Source: a virus (taxonomy: Duplodnaviria > Caudoviricetes). Taken from it: a stretch of 64,000 nucleotides of DNA. The stretch lies in the IMG/VR virus record IMGVR_UViG_3300033074_001883, positions 16,046-80,045 of that record. One strand, given 5' to 3'. Shown here in pieces: positions 1 through 9,686 of the stretch (positions are counted from its first letter, which is position 1; the number at the start of each line of letters is the position of its first letter). The notes under the pieces are model-generated. The model was given only the letters and a program-made list of their open reading frames with translations, searched no databases and was not told where the DNA came from. A program made the position numbers and the translations under genes.

Positions 1-719
1 GCGGAAGGGCCACCGATGTCGAAGGTGTCGGGCGTGAAGGAGAGCACGGTGCCGCCGTCCTTGACGCGGAAGGACACCGTCGTCGGGGACGTCTGGTTGT
101 CGATGGTGATGATGAAGTCACCGACGTTGATGCGAACGAACTTGTCCTCGTTCGTCGGGTTGCCCTTGATGTCCGGCGTCTTCCCCAGCGTGATGATGAC
201 GTTCCCGTTGTCGTCGAGGACCGTCTCCGTCCCGCGATGCGTAGTGCGTCGGAAGAGCTTGCCGTCCTTCGGAAGCTCCTTCCCCTCCGCGTCCTTGAAC
301 TGTCGACGCGAGCTTCGGTGGCGCACCACGCCGTCGATGACCGGCCGCTGGATGCTCCCGTTGATGAAGCTCACGAGCACGCGGTCACCGTCGGTCTCCG
401 CGAGTGGCGTTCGCGGCTTGCCCGGCGTGGACTCTGCCTCGAACGGTGCCGAACCCACCGTCGTCTTCGCCACGCGGAGCACGGTGTCGTCGCCGTCGTC
501 GAGTCCACCGGACTGGTCGACGCGAGGGACGTTGTAGAGCCGCCCGAGGTTCGTTGCCGATGTGATGTCGACGTCGTACTCGATGTCCGACTTCGACACG
601 CTGGTCGAGTCAGTAGGGTAGTGAATGCCGACGACGACGCCTTCGAGCCGGTACGGCATCTCGAAGTTGTCGTTGCGGGTCACGCTCGCCTGCCTGAGTC
701 CGTTCTGCTTGAAGCTCAT
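1..719 (-). CDS. Baseplate spike / gpV-gp5-like protein (partial, runs off the window)
   Basis: ATG at 719 overlaps the hub stop (ATGA). My translation starts MSFKQNGLRQASVTRNDNFEMPYRLEGVVVGIHYP and includes GDRVLVSFINGSIQRPVIDGVV (OB-fold-like spike motif) followed by beta-strand repeats. Missing from the ORF track because it has no stop in the window. Confidence 0.7.
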   Translation of the reverse strand, partial: MSFKQNGLRQASVTRNDNFEMPYRLEGVVVGIHYPTDSTSVSKSDIEYDVDITSATNLGRLYNVPRVDQSGGLDDGDDTVLRVAKTTVGSAPFEAESTPGKPRTPLAETDGDRVLVSFINGSIQRPVIDGVVRHRSSRRQFKDAEGKELPKDGKLFRRTTHRGTETVLDDNGNVIITLGKTPDIKGNPTNEDKFVRINVGDFIITIDNQTSPTTVSFRVKDGGTVLSFTPDTFDIGGPS

Positions 720-2200
720 GCTCCCTCCGGGAGGTTCAGTTCCAGCGGGGACTGCAAGATGCTGTCGCGCTTCGGCTCTATGGTCTGGAACGGCTTCGGC
801 TCGCTCAAGCGCGCCACGACCTTGTCGGACTTGAGCGTAGCGAGGCTGCGGAGGAGCGGGAACGACACCGCGTCGGAGGCGCGCTCCACGCCACGCGTGA
901 GGTTCACCGACGTCGAGGCCCCGCCCGGGTACGTGTACGAGTGCGTCACGCCCTCGACGTAGAAGCTGAAGCGCTCGCCGGAGCGACGGTTCGTGTAGTC
1001 GAGTCGCGTGCCAACGTGAATGTCCGGACGCACGCGCATGCTCATCGTGCCGTCGAGGAGTTCATCGTTCTGGCCGTACCACTCCGTGAGCAGCGCCGTG
1101 TACGACTCCAGAATGCCGCGCGGCACGCCCATCTTCGAGTCAACGATGGGCTGAGAGAAGTCGGCGAATGAGTTAGTGACCGGTTCGAGCTTGCGGAACC
1201 CGGAGCGGTTCACTGACTTGGGGTTCGTGTAGCCCACGTTGAGCACGGCCACGCTCTCGTGGTTGAGCCACGCCGCCTCGGGGAAGACACGAATCCAGTT
1301 CTGCGTGTCGCTGTCGCTTCGGCGCAGGTCCTCTTGGTTGACCTCGGTGGAGTCGACTTCGCTCGCGTGGAGGTGAGCGAAGGCCTCGTGCGTGAAGGGG
1401 CGCTCTTCGAGCGTGAGCACCGGGTGCCCGTCGATGGTGTCGACCCACATCTCGTTCAGCATGCTGTTGCTGTAGAACTGGAGCGTCGACCAGAGGTTGC
1501 CGCTGAGGTTCGGGTTCCCGGTGACGCAGAGACGCCCACGCGTCGGGTAGATGTTAGTCAGCAGACCCGGGCCGGCCCCGGCCATGGTCGGGTGACTCCG
1601 GATGAGCGGAGCCGCACGCTCCGGCATGCCGAGGAGGAGCGAGCCCGGCGCGAGGCACTGCACGCGGCCCTCGTGGTACGCCTTGAGGAGGTTCGCCACG
1701 GCTTCCCCGGGGGAGACGAACGGGTTGCCGCGCTCGGCGAACGTCGTTCTGCGGAGGAGGATCTGCGCCTCGAACAACGTCTGGTCGATGAGCGCGCCGA
1801 GCAGCGGGTCGACGATGAGCGCGATGTTGAGAAGCACCTTGCCGTAGTCGCGGCCTGAGACGGAGATGACTTCCTTCGTCACGCCCTTCCCGTCCGTCAC
1901 GCGTCGGCGCGAGATGGTGTCGATGCTTCCGACCATGAGCGGTGTCGCCGATGGCGGTGACATGCCGTCGAGGTAGATCTCCACCCAGTCGTTGGGCCTG
2001 AGCGCGCGGAGGTACTCCTGCCGTGGGACGAGCGTGAACTGGAACCCTCCCGCTGCCTGACCGAGGCTCTTCTGCACGGTGCACGAGACGACGTCTTGCC
2101 GAGCGGACTCGACGACCTTCGTGCGGCGCGTGCTTCCGGGGTAGGCCTCGTGTTGGTGAAACACGAGACGGCAACTGCTGTTCTGGTAGCGAGTCGTCAT
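716..2200 (-). CDS. Baseplate hub / tail protein (gp27/GpD-like)
   Basis: 494 aa directly after the tape measure gene; VSCTVQKSLGQAAGGFQFTL and DIHVGTRL-type motifs of contractile-tail hubs. Confidence 0.7.
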   Translation of the reverse strand: MTTRYQNSSCRLVFHQHEAYPGSTRRTKVVESARQDVVSCTVQKSLGQAAGGFQFTLVPRQEYLRALRPNDWVEIYLDGMSPPSATPLMVGSIDTISRRRVTDGKGVTKEVISVSGRDYGKVLLNIALIVDPLLGALIDQTLFEAQILLRRTTFAERGNPFVSPGEAVANLLKAYHEGRVQCLAPGSLLLGMPERAAPLIRSHPTMAGAGPGLLTNIYPTRGRLCVTGNPNLSGNLWSTLQFYSNSMLNEMWVDTIDGHPVLTLEERPFTHEAFAHLHASEVDSTEVNQEDLRRSDSDTQNWIRVFPEAAWLNHESVAVLNVGYTNPKSVNRSGFRKLEPVTNSFADFSQPIVDSKMGVPRGILESYTALLTEWYGQNDELLDGTMSMRVRPDIHVGTRLDYTNRRSGERFSFYVEGVTHSYTYPGGASTSVNLTRGVERASDAVSFPLLRSLATLKSDKVVARLSEPKPFQTIEPKRDSILQSPLELNLPEGA

Positions 2201-4234
2201 TTAGAAGACCGTCCCGGGGGCCATAAGCTCTTCAACCACCGCGTCCTTGAAGGAGGCGGACTTGGCCTGTCCCCGCGTTCGGACTTCTTGCGCCCAGACA
2301 ACACGACCGAGGCTGTCCTTCATTTCAAGGACGAAGTGGAAGCGACCACCTTCGTCCTTCTTAATACTCAGCGCCTCGGTTGCGCCCTTGGACTCCTTGA
2401 CCTTAGCCGCCTCCGCGCGTGCCGCTTCGAGCTGAGGCGCAAGGTCAGTCTGATACTTAGCGAGTGCCGCCGCATGTTGGGATGTGACGTCCGTCCCGTA
2501 GGTAATACCCTTCGTGGGGTTTGAAGACTTCGGCGTTCCCGCGACGGCAGCCGCAAGACCGTCGGTCCTGAGCGTGTCGATGAATGTGCGAAGACCTTTG
2601 AGCAGTGAAAGCGTCTCATCGAGGACCATCTTGATGCCCTCGAACCCACCAAGGAGACCGAAGATTTGGCCGAGCACAGTCTCGATGCGTTGCAGTGTCT
2701 TGTTGATGGAGTTCCAGTTGCCAGCAGCGGCAATCATCGCGTCGTAGGCTTGCTCCTCCTTCTTGACGGTGGCCCCTTTCAACGCGTCGTACTCCTTTTG
2801 ACCGAAGCGTCCGGAGTTCACGAGGTCGATGAGCTGTGTCGCTTCGTTCGCGCCGAAGCCGCCAATCTGACTAAGCAACATCGAGGCTTGATCGCGGTCT
2901 CCGCTCACCATGCCGCTCACCTGCCCGACCATGTTGCGAACGTGTGAGATGGCATCTTCGCCCGCGCCGTCACCGAAGAGACCGCGCTCACTACGGCGCA
3001 TCGCCTCCGCCATGCCGACGTCGCCGACGCCGGAGTTCACGAGCGAGAGCGCCCGCGCCATCGGCGAGGACTCACCCTTCGCGAACGAGTCGAGCTTGCC
3101 CATCGTCGAGAAGCCCGCCGCACCGCTGAACTTCGAGTTCTGCCCGAGGAAGGCCGACATGCGGAAGATGTCGCTCGGGTCGCCGATGCCGACGCCCGCC
3201 GCCTGTCGTCCGACGATGCCCATCGCGCCTTGGATGAGTTCACCGAAGCGCCCCTTCGCGAGGCCCTGCGAGGTGCCTGTCGCAAGCACGTCGACCCAGA
3301 GCCGCTTCGCCGAGGCGTCCACCCCGCCCGACGTGCTTCCGGTGCGAGCGAGACCGCCAAGGAGCTGGTTGAACTCGCCACCAAGACCGGCCGTCACTTG
3401 AGCCCGGAGCGCCTGCCTCGCCGAGCCCGCACCACCGCCCGCGCGGAAGGAGCCACCGACGGTCTGGGCCGCCTCCTCGTCGCTCAGCCCAGACTGCGAC
3501 TGGGCGAGCCGCAAGCCCTCCCGGCCGAGCGCGGTGTCACCGCCCGCCGACCGCGAGAGCGAGTACATGAGGCTCTCGTCCCGGCGACCCCCTGTAACCG
3601 CTCCACCTACACCCCGGGCGAGGAGAGCCATGCCCGCGTTCGCGGCCATGCCCTTGAGACCGCCGAGAAGGCCTCCAGCCGCCCCTAGGAGACCTCCTTG
3701 AGGCAAACCGGTGTTCGGGTTGATCTGGCCCTGCGCAAAGCCCCCAGCGGCCCCGGCAAGGGCCGTATGGAGCACTCCGCCGCCCGGGAGGGGTGCGAGC
3801 GCCCGGGAGACGTTGGCGGAGAGGGCGAGGGTACCGTGGAGCGACCGCTGGAAGACCCCGATGCGGGCGGCGATCTTCCTCTGTTCCTTGTCCGCGTCCT
3901 CCCCGGAGCCGACGTTCTCGCCGAAGAGCATGCGGTGGACGAGGCCACCGGCTCGCTGGATGAACGGCTTGCTCCGCTGCTCGTACTCCGACTGGAGCTT
4001 GAGGACGTGGTCGCGAGCCCCCTCGGCGTTCCTCCCGGCCCGCTTGAGCTCCTCGTCGCTGATGAGGAAGGCCGGGGAGAACCGTCCGCCCTTCGCCATC
4101 GCCGAGCGGCGGCTCTTGAAGGCCTCCTCGTACTTCTTCGCGAGGTCCTCGAACTTCCGCTGCGCGTCGCGGAGTGTGCTGTCCCCGATGTCGAGTTCGA
4201 CGTCGAGTTGGACCTTGTTGTCGTTCGCCATCAC
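2201..4234 (-). CDS. Tape measure protein
   Basis: 677 aa, Gly/Ala-rich and helical, located after the tail chaperones and before the hub. Confidence 0.75.
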   Translation of the reverse strand: MMANDNKVQLDVELDIGDSTLRDAQRKFEDLAKKYEEAFKSRRSAMAKGGRFSPAFLISDEELKRAGRNAEGARDHVLKLQSEYEQRSKPFIQRAGGLVHRMLFGENVGSGEDADKEQRKIAARIGVFQRSLHGTLALSANVSRALAPLPGGGVLHTALAGAAGGFAQGQINPNTGLPQGGLLGAAGGLLGGLKGMAANAGMALLARGVGGAVTGGRRDESLMYSLSRSAGGDTALGREGLRLAQSQSGLSDEEAAQTVGGSFRAGGGAGSARQALRAQVTAGLGGEFNQLLGGLARTGSTSGGVDASAKRLWVDVLATGTSQGLAKGRFGELIQGAMGIVGRQAAGVGIGDPSDIFRMSAFLGQNSKFSGAAGFSTMGKLDSFAKGESSPMARALSLVNSGVGDVGMAEAMRRSERGLFGDGAGEDAISHVRNMVGQVSGMVSGDRDQASMLLSQIGGFGANEATQLIDLVNSGRFGQKEYDALKGATVKKEEQAYDAMIAAAGNWNSINKTLQRIETVLGQIFGLLGGFEGIKMVLDETLSLLKGLRTFIDTLRTDGLAAAVAGTPKSSNPTKGITYGTDVTSQHAAALAKYQTDLAPQLEAARAEAAKVKESKGATEALSIKKDEGGRFHFVLEMKDSLGRVVWAQEVRTRGQAKSASFKDAVVEELMAPGTVF

Positions 4235-4659
4235 GGCTCCTTGTCAGACCACGAGAGCGGAGCACCGCCGCCCATGACCTCTTCGTAGGACTCCTCGACG
4301 TCTTCCTTCGGCACGCCCGCGTCCACGATGTCGCCGAGACCTTCGCCCCAGCCTTCGAGCACCTTGTCCGGGTCTTCACCGGCTGCGAGGCGTCGCTCGA
4401 TGTTATCGATCTCCTCGTCGCCCGTGACGATGATCTGGTCCGGTTCGAGCCCGCCGATGAGTTCGCGGCACTTCGCCGGGTCCTTCTCCCAGAGGTCCTC
4501 GAAGAACTCCAAGAGCAGCTCGTCCTCGGTGTGCGCGCCGTAGCGCGGGTCCGTTCGGGGGAGGTTGTACTTCCTGCACCACCACCGACGGAGCCAGTCG
4601 GACTTGGCCGTGCTCTTCGCGATGAGGAGGAGCCCGTTACTCGCTCTGAGCTGGGCGAA
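4231..4659 (-). CDS. Tail assembly chaperone, second (frameshift) segment
   Basis: Open frame encoding WLRRWWCRKYNLPRTDPRY..TEDELLLEFFED, with no ATG/GTG/TTG upstream of the TTG at 4512. It is +1 relative to the upstream chaperone and its stop overlaps the tape measure start. Confidence 0.65.
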   Translation of the reverse strand, partial: FAQLRASNGLLLIAKSTAKSDWLRRWWCRKYNLPRTDPRYGAHTEDELLLEFFEDLWEKDPAKCRELIGGLEPDQIIVTGDEEIDNIERRLAAGEDPDKVLEGWGEGLGDIVDAGVPKEDVEESYEEVMGGGAPLSWSDKEP

Positions 4660-4993
4660 AGGTCTTCTGGTAGGCCATGAAGGCTTCCCAGACCTTTCGC
4701 AGGATCTCGACCTCGTAGAGCTTGTCGAGGTCCCACCACTTCGGGGCGTCGGCGATGCCGAAGCGGAGTTCGGCCATCATCGTGTGAATCACGTCGGTCG
4801 TTCCGTCGACTGCGTTGCCACCGTTGAGCCGAGCAATCATCGCTCCGACTTGACCGACCTCGACGATGGTGAGCCGCTTGAACGTGAAGTCGCCCGCGAG
4901 CATCTTGCCTTCAGCGGTGCGGTGTTCGATGGCGACGGTGGTGGTGAACGGCGGGAGCACAGGCTCCGCGACTGCGGGCTTCGGGTCAGACAT
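4637..4993 (-). CDS. Tail assembly chaperone (TAC)
   Basis: 118 aa from MSDPKPAV, ending YQKTFRPAQSE; lies between tail tube and tape measure. Confidence 0.7.
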   Translation of the reverse strand: MSDPKPAVAEPVLPPFTTTVAIEHRTAEGKMLAGDFTFKRLTIVEVGQVGAMIARLNGGNAVDGTTDVIHTMMAELRFGIADAPKWWDLDKLYEVEILRKVWEAFMAYQKTFRPAQSE

Positions 4994-5324
4994 CTGGGGT
5001 ACCTCCACGGGGTGAACGGTCGCGAGCCACATTGCCCCTCGGGTGGGCTTTCTTTCCACGCTTCGGCTTCCACCTTGCCGCCTTCAGCAGGGCGTTGGCA
5101 AGGGCTACGGCATCGCCGCGATCGAAGACGACTCCGATGGCGTCGGTCCTGCTGACGATAACCTCAACGAGATCGCCACTTCGTCGAACGAGTGAGTCGT
5201 CAAACTGCAACGGGAGGAAGCTCAGCGCCCCCTCCCGTTCGTCAGACGCAGTCTGTTCTTCACGGCGCTCACGGAACGCCGCGAGGCTCACGACGTTCGA
5301 CGAAGTCTTACGACCCCGTCTCAC
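4986..5324 (-). CDS. Hypothetical protein
   Basis: 112 aa; stop overlaps the TAC start by 8 nt, suggesting coupling. Confidence 0.5.
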   Translation of the reverse strand: MRRGRKTSSNVVSLAAFRERREEQTASDEREGALSFLPLQFDDSLVRRSGDLVEVIVSRTDAIGVVFDRGDAVALANALLKAARWKPKRGKKAHPRGNVARDRSPRGGTPDV

Positions 5325-5333
5325 TCGAAGCGC

Positions 5334-5852
5334 TCACGCGTGCACGTCGACATAAACGTACTGTAGCGAAGCCCCCGCTTTGTGGAAGTGCTGATGGCAG
5401 GACTCACAGTGGAAGAGGTGCAGGTTCGTGGCGGCGTTGTTGAGTCCGTTCCCGTCGATGTGGTGGACGATCTCAGACTTCCTCAACGGCCGACCGAGTA
5501 CGGCTCGCATCACCAGCCGGTGCTCTCGGTGCAACTTCCCTCGAACACGCTTGGCACGGTACGTTGTGCGTTCGCCGCCCGACCAGTGAGGTGAGCGCTC
5601 TCCACTGTAGAACGCGTGGTAGCAAGACCGCGTGCAGAAGTCGGCGTCGGTCTTCCTGTTCTTGAACTTCTTGCCGCACTCCTTGCAGACGTGACGGTGC
5701 CAAGCGACGTTGCCCTTGTTCCACGGGTCGCCGCGTTCGGCGTGGTTCTGCGGGTGATGATTGCGCACCCACTTGTTCCACTCCTTCTTGCGCGGACTCA
5801 TCGTGACTGACTGCCCGCAACCGCATGCACACTTCGGAACCACTGAACGCAT
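5334..5852 (-). CDS. HNH homing endonuclease with Cys-rich N-terminus
   Basis: EHRLVMRAVLGRPL..EIVHHIDGNGLNNAATNL HNH motif; CACGCG and CKECG..CTRSC zinc motifs. Confidence 0.85.
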   Translation of the reverse strand: MRSVVPKCACGCGQSVTMSPRKKEWNKWVRNHHPQNHAERGDPWNKGNVAWHRHVCKECGKKFKNRKTDADFCTRSCYHAFYSGERSPHWSGGERTTYRAKRVRGKLHREHRLVMRAVLGRPLRKSEIVHHIDGNGLNNAATNLHLFHCESCHQHFHKAGASLQYVYVDVHA

Positions 5853-5920
5853 AGAGCCTCCGCTTCGTTGGAAGGGAGGCCCTAGCCTTACACTTGGGTC
5901 GAGTCAACTGTGAATGTACA

Positions 5921-6394
5921 CTACGGCCCAGTCTCGCTTTCGTCTTTCATGCGCTTCGCGACCCAGCGGCAGTTCGTCGAGACGATGCCGCGAGCGGTGA
6001 CGCTGAAGTTGTTCGAGGTCATCTTGCACTCTTCGAGCTGCATGACGATCTTGCCGGTGAGCCGGTCCTCGATGGTGCACGTGAGCGTCCCGGCGCGGAG
6101 CACGTTGAGGACGTCCTGCCCGGCCTTCGGGAAGAGCCCCATCTCCTTGACCGAGCCGAAGGTTCCTTCCTTCGGAGCGCGCGCGCCTGCGGTGCCTCGG
6201 ATGGTGCGGAAGATGCCGCACGAGAACGACACGCGGTAGGCGGTCGGCACGTGCTCTTCGACTTCGAGGTTGTCGAGGACGTCGACCGGCTCGAACGGCG
6301 TCTCTTCGTCGCCTTCGACGTTGGCTGCGAAGGCGATCTTCACGCCGTCGATGCGGAAGATGGCCCGCGCGCCTGAGAAAGTGTTGTGGCTCAT
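5921..6394 (-). CDS. Tail tube protein
   Basis: 157 aa directly downstream of the sheath; TFSGARAIFRIDG..IAFA and LDNLEVEEHVP motifs. Confidence 0.8.
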   Translation of the reverse strand: MSHNTFSGARAIFRIDGVKIAFAANVEGDEETPFEPVDVLDNLEVEEHVPTAYRVSFSCGIFRTIRGTAGARAPKEGTFGSVKEMGLFPKAGQDVLNVLRAGTLTCTIEDRLTGKIVMQLEECKMTSNNFSVTARGIVSTNCRWVAKRMKDESETGP

Positions 6395-6409
6395 GGTGGT
6401 GACCCTTCG

Positions 6410-8830
6410 TTAAGCAGAGATCTGCGCGGGGACGAGGAAGATGTTGTTGAGGATGAAGTTGATGCCGCTCACCGGGCTCACCACCACCGACAACGTCACG
6501 GTGTCCCGGTCAGCCGACACCTCCAGCTCGCGGAAGGCCAACAGACGCGAACCGTCGGAGAACACCGAGTCGACGATCTGACCGGCCGCGCGAAGCAGCG
6601 AGAGCTTCGAATCGGCCTGCGACTTCACCGCCGAGATGTTCGACGGCGACACGCGACGACCCGTGAAGAGGTCTTCGAGGTGCGTGCGGAGGTCATAGGA
6701 CACGTTCTTCCAGCCCATCACCACCGACTCCTCGGTGTACGCGTCGTTGTCCTCACGCGTGTACGTGGTGATGCCCTTGACGATGCGGAAGCCCTTGGGA
6801 GTCTGCTCCGCGATGAGCACGCCGCCGAGGATGAGTTCCTTGCCGTCGTCCTGCGGGTTCCACGACGCGTCCTGCGCGAGCGCATTCGCCCGGAGGAACT
6901 TGAACGTGAGCGGCTCGCCGAGTTCGGCACCGGCCCGCATGCCTGCCTGAGCGACCGCGAACGACCACTCCGGAAGCTCTCGGAGCGTGTTCGTCTCGTC
7001 GAGCGTCGTGAGGCGCTGCGCCGAGAGGCAGGTGTTGAACGAGTTCAGGATGCCTGCCTGAGCGAGGATGGCCGACTTCGTCCCCTTCATGCCCACGTAG
7101 GCCTGACGCTCGCTGCGTCCGGCCGTCGACGAGTAGTAGGCCGCGTGCGAGTCGACCTGCGCGGCCACCGTGGCGAACGTCGCCGTGGAGCCCTGACCGA
7201 GGTTGGCGAGGTTCTCCGAGATGAGCGGCACCACCTCGTTCACGCGCACCACGCCGAGCGCGTCGAGCGCGTCCTGCCAGTTGGTGTTCGTCGAGATGCC
7301 GCGCGTGCCGCCCGAGAGGAGCTGCTTCCCGGTCGTCGCGAGCGGAGCCGTCGGACCACCCGACGAGCGCGTGGCGGTGAGGAACATCGAGTTGCTGTTC
7401 ACCCAGTCGATGCAGCGGAAGAGCTTCGCGAACGCCGAGTAGGCGGCCGGGCGAATGCTCACCGCCGAAACGTAGTCGAGGTCCGAGGGGACGAACGTGT
7501 ACGGGTTCGACGTCACCGCGACCGCGACGTAGCCAGTCTGCGCGTTGATGTAGTTGATGACTTCCTGAAGTGTCGTGTACGTCGAGAACGGGATGGTGAG
7601 GCTCACGGAGCCGTCCGTCTGACCCGAAATCGTCGTGGTGATTTGGGTAGCCGTCACCGTCATCACCGCCGTGGCACCGTTGCCGGTGTACTGGATGGTG
7701 AACTCGGCGGTGGAGCCGAGCACCTCGCTCGTCTCGACCGTTCGGCGGAGCCCGTCCTCGAAGATGATTTCGAGGACCTTGCCGCCACCCGAGTCGCTCA
7801 CCTGAATCGAGAGCTTGTTCGTGTGAACGCCGTAGTCCTTCGAGGTGAGCACCATCGTGTTCACCGGGGCGACGGCCGTGAAGACGGTCGTGGGGAACCC
7901 GAAGGCGAGCGCCGTCGAGGTGTTCTTCACCTGAAGAGTCCCCGAGCCGATGGTGTCGTTGGTGAGCACGACGGGGTCACCAGCCACGCTGATGCCAGCA
8001 ACCGCGAGGTCGATGACGGTAGCCGCTTCGATCGCCGTGACCGCGTCGATGCGAGCGACGTTGCCCGTGCCCGCGACGACCGCCGTGGGGAAGTTGAGCT
8101 TCGTCGCGCCGTTCGCCGTGCCGCCGACGATCTGCACCGACGCCGCCGTGCCGCGCGTGTCCGACGTGAAGCGAAGCGTGCCCGCGTTGTCGCTGAAGAA
8201 ACCGCCGCGCACGAGCGGGTTGAGGATGCCCGCGACCTCCGCCGCCGTCTTCGTCGAGAGACCAGCGAAGGTGATGTCCTGCTGGAGGCCGCCGTTCCCC
8301 GAATCGGTGATGAGCGAGAGCACGTCGCCGTTCACGAGGTTCGTGTACGGGCCCGCGCCGCCCGCGTTCTGCACCGCTGCCGTCGCCGAGAACGTGGCCG
8401 TGATGTCGCCGCCGCCGTTCACCGAGACCACGACCGTCTGAGCCGGTTCGAGATTGTACGGTCCGGAGTTCGCCGCGATGACCTGCGCACTCGCGGTGCC
8501 GGTGCCCTGAAGCGTCTTCGACGCCTGCGTGCTCTGGTTCGTCTTCACGCACACGATCTGCGCCGCGCCCCCTTGGATGCGGCCGTCGTTGGCGGGCTTG
8601 AACGCGATGTTCGCGGCCTGCGCGAGTGGACCGGAGCGGAAGGCCTTCCGGGCAAGCTCGGGCGTGGTGAAGATCTGCACCGAGTTCGGCTCGCCGCCAT
8701 CGGCCTCACCGATGAGCGCGACCACGCCGACACCACGAACGCCAGCGCTCCCGAAGAGCGAAGCATCCACTCGCGAAGCCCCTCCCGGCTTCACGAGCAC
8801 TGCACCGTTGAAGAGCACGCGCTGAGTCAT
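6410..8830 (-). CDS. Tail sheath protein
   Basis: About 806 aa from MTQRVLFNG (GAGG RBS upstream); LIGEADGGEPN and RSGPLAQA N-terminal motifs; C-terminal sheath domain GFRIVKGITT. Confidence 0.9.
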   Translation of the reverse strand: MTQRVLFNGAVLVKPGGASRVDASLFGSAGVRGVGVVALIGEADGGEPNSVQIFTTPELARKAFRSGPLAQAANIAFKPANDGRIQGGAAQIVCVKTNQSTQASKTLQGTGTASAQVIAANSGPYNLEPAQTVVVSVNGGGDITATFSATAAVQNAGGAGPYTNLVNGDVLSLITDSGNGGLQQDITFAGLSTKTAAEVAGILNPLVRGGFFSDNAGTLRFTSDTRGTAASVQIVGGTANGATKLNFPTAVVAGTGNVARIDAVTAIEAATVIDLAVAGISVAGDPVVLTNDTIGSGTLQVKNTSTALAFGFPTTVFTAVAPVNTMVLTSKDYGVHTNKLSIQVSDSGGGKVLEIIFEDGLRRTVETSEVLGSTAEFTIQYTGNGATAVMTVTATQITTTISGQTDGSVSLTIPFSTYTTLQEVINYINAQTGYVAVAVTSNPYTFVPSDLDYVSAVSIRPAAYSAFAKLFRCIDWVNSNSMFLTATRSSGGPTAPLATTGKQLLSGGTRGISTNTNWQDALDALGVVRVNEVVPLISENLANLGQGSTATFATVAAQVDSHAAYYSSTAGRSERQAYVGMKGTKSAILAQAGILNSFNTCLSAQRLTTLDETNTLRELPEWSFAVAQAGMRAGAELGEPLTFKFLRANALAQDASWNPQDDGKELILGGVLIAEQTPKGFRIVKGITTYTREDNDAYTEESVVMGWKNVSYDLRTHLEDLFTGRRVSPSNISAVKSQADSKLSLLRAAGQIVDSVFSDGSRLLAFRELEVSADRDTVTLSVVVSPVSGINFILNNIFLVPAQISA

Positions 8831-8871
8831 TCTTGTAGCCTCGATTCCTCTTTTTGGTTTACGGTGAGGGC

Positions 8872-9414
8872 ATGGCAAGAGGACCCAGACGAAAGGACCT
8901 CACCGGTCAGAAGTTTGGCAGGTGGACGGCGCAGCGGCGGACTTTCACCGGAGAAGGCGGGCAACAAAGTCGATGGTGGTGCGTCTGCGACTGCGGCACG
9001 GCTAGGGACGTTCCACAAAACGGACTTCTCTCCGGAGCTTCCGCCTCCTGCGGTTGCCTGTCGAGAGAGGTGTCGGCTGAAACTCACCGAGGCAACGAGC
9101 ATGCGCTTCGCCACGGTGACGCGACAGGCGGCAGGACTTCGGCGGAGTACAAGGCGTGGGCTGCCATGAAAAGCCGCTGCGCGAACCCGAGACACGCGGC
9201 TTTCCCCAACTACGGCGGTCGCGGAATCAAGGTGTGCAAACAGTGGGAAGCGAGCTTCGAGTCGTTCCTCTCCGACGTGGGCCGCCGCCCCTCTACGCGC
9301 CACAGCCTCGATCGTATCGACAACGACCGTGGTTACACACCGGCAAACTGTCGGTGGGCCACTGTGACTCAGCAGAATCGCAACAAGAGGAAGAAGCATG
9401 GCCTTGGTCAGTAG
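8872..9414 (+). CDS. HNH endonuclease, antisense to the tail operon
   Basis: DLTGQKFGRW..WWCVCDCG..SCGC, EYKAWAAMKSRC..YGGRGIKVC..W..SLDRIDNDRGYTPANCRWAT. Confidence 0.9.
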   Translation: MARGPRRKDLTGQKFGRWTAQRRTFTGEGGQQSRWWCVCDCGTARDVPQNGLLSGASASCGCLSREVSAETHRGNEHALRHGDATGGRTSAEYKAWAAMKSRCANPRHAAFPNYGGRGIKVCKQWEASFESFLSDVGRRPSTRHSLDRIDNDRGYTPANCRWATVTQQNRNKRKKHGLGQ

Positions 9415-9683
9415 CTGCGGAAGATTCGGTTCCAGTCAGCCAACGTCGCCGACTGAAGGGTGGTGAAGGCTCGCATCCCGGCCCGGCGCTGCGCCGGGAC
9501 GTTGCGAACGGTCATGTACATGTCGAAGGTGAGCGGGCCGTCACCGCTCGGCGCAACGGGCGAGGTCGCGATCGAAGCGTTCACCTGCGTGCCATCGAGC
9601 AGCACCTTCGTCATCCCGACGACGGGAAGCGGCTCGGGAAGCGGCACAGGCAGGGGCTCGATGTCGATGGTTCGCTTCGTCAT
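9408..9683 (-). CDS. Hypothetical protein (tail region)
   Basis: 91 aa in operon order before the sheath. Confidence 0.55.
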   Translation of the reverse strand: MTKRTIDIEPLPVPLPEPLPVVGMTKVLLDGTQVNASIATSPVAPSGDGPLTFDMYMTVRNVPAQRRAGMRAFTTLQSATLADWNRIFRSY

Positions 9684-9686
9684 GGT

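Noticed and set aside
5334-5920. Group I intron around the HNH genes
   Set aside because: Flanking genes (tube, chaperone, sheath, Rad50-like, recA) look intact, and I saw no intron core sequence.
6386-9169. 927-aa plus-strand ORF and many other long plus-strand ORFs (e.g. 28598-30214, 55300-56715)
   Set aside because: Antisense shadows of real minus-strand genes, expected in GC-rich DNA with few stops; no motifs.
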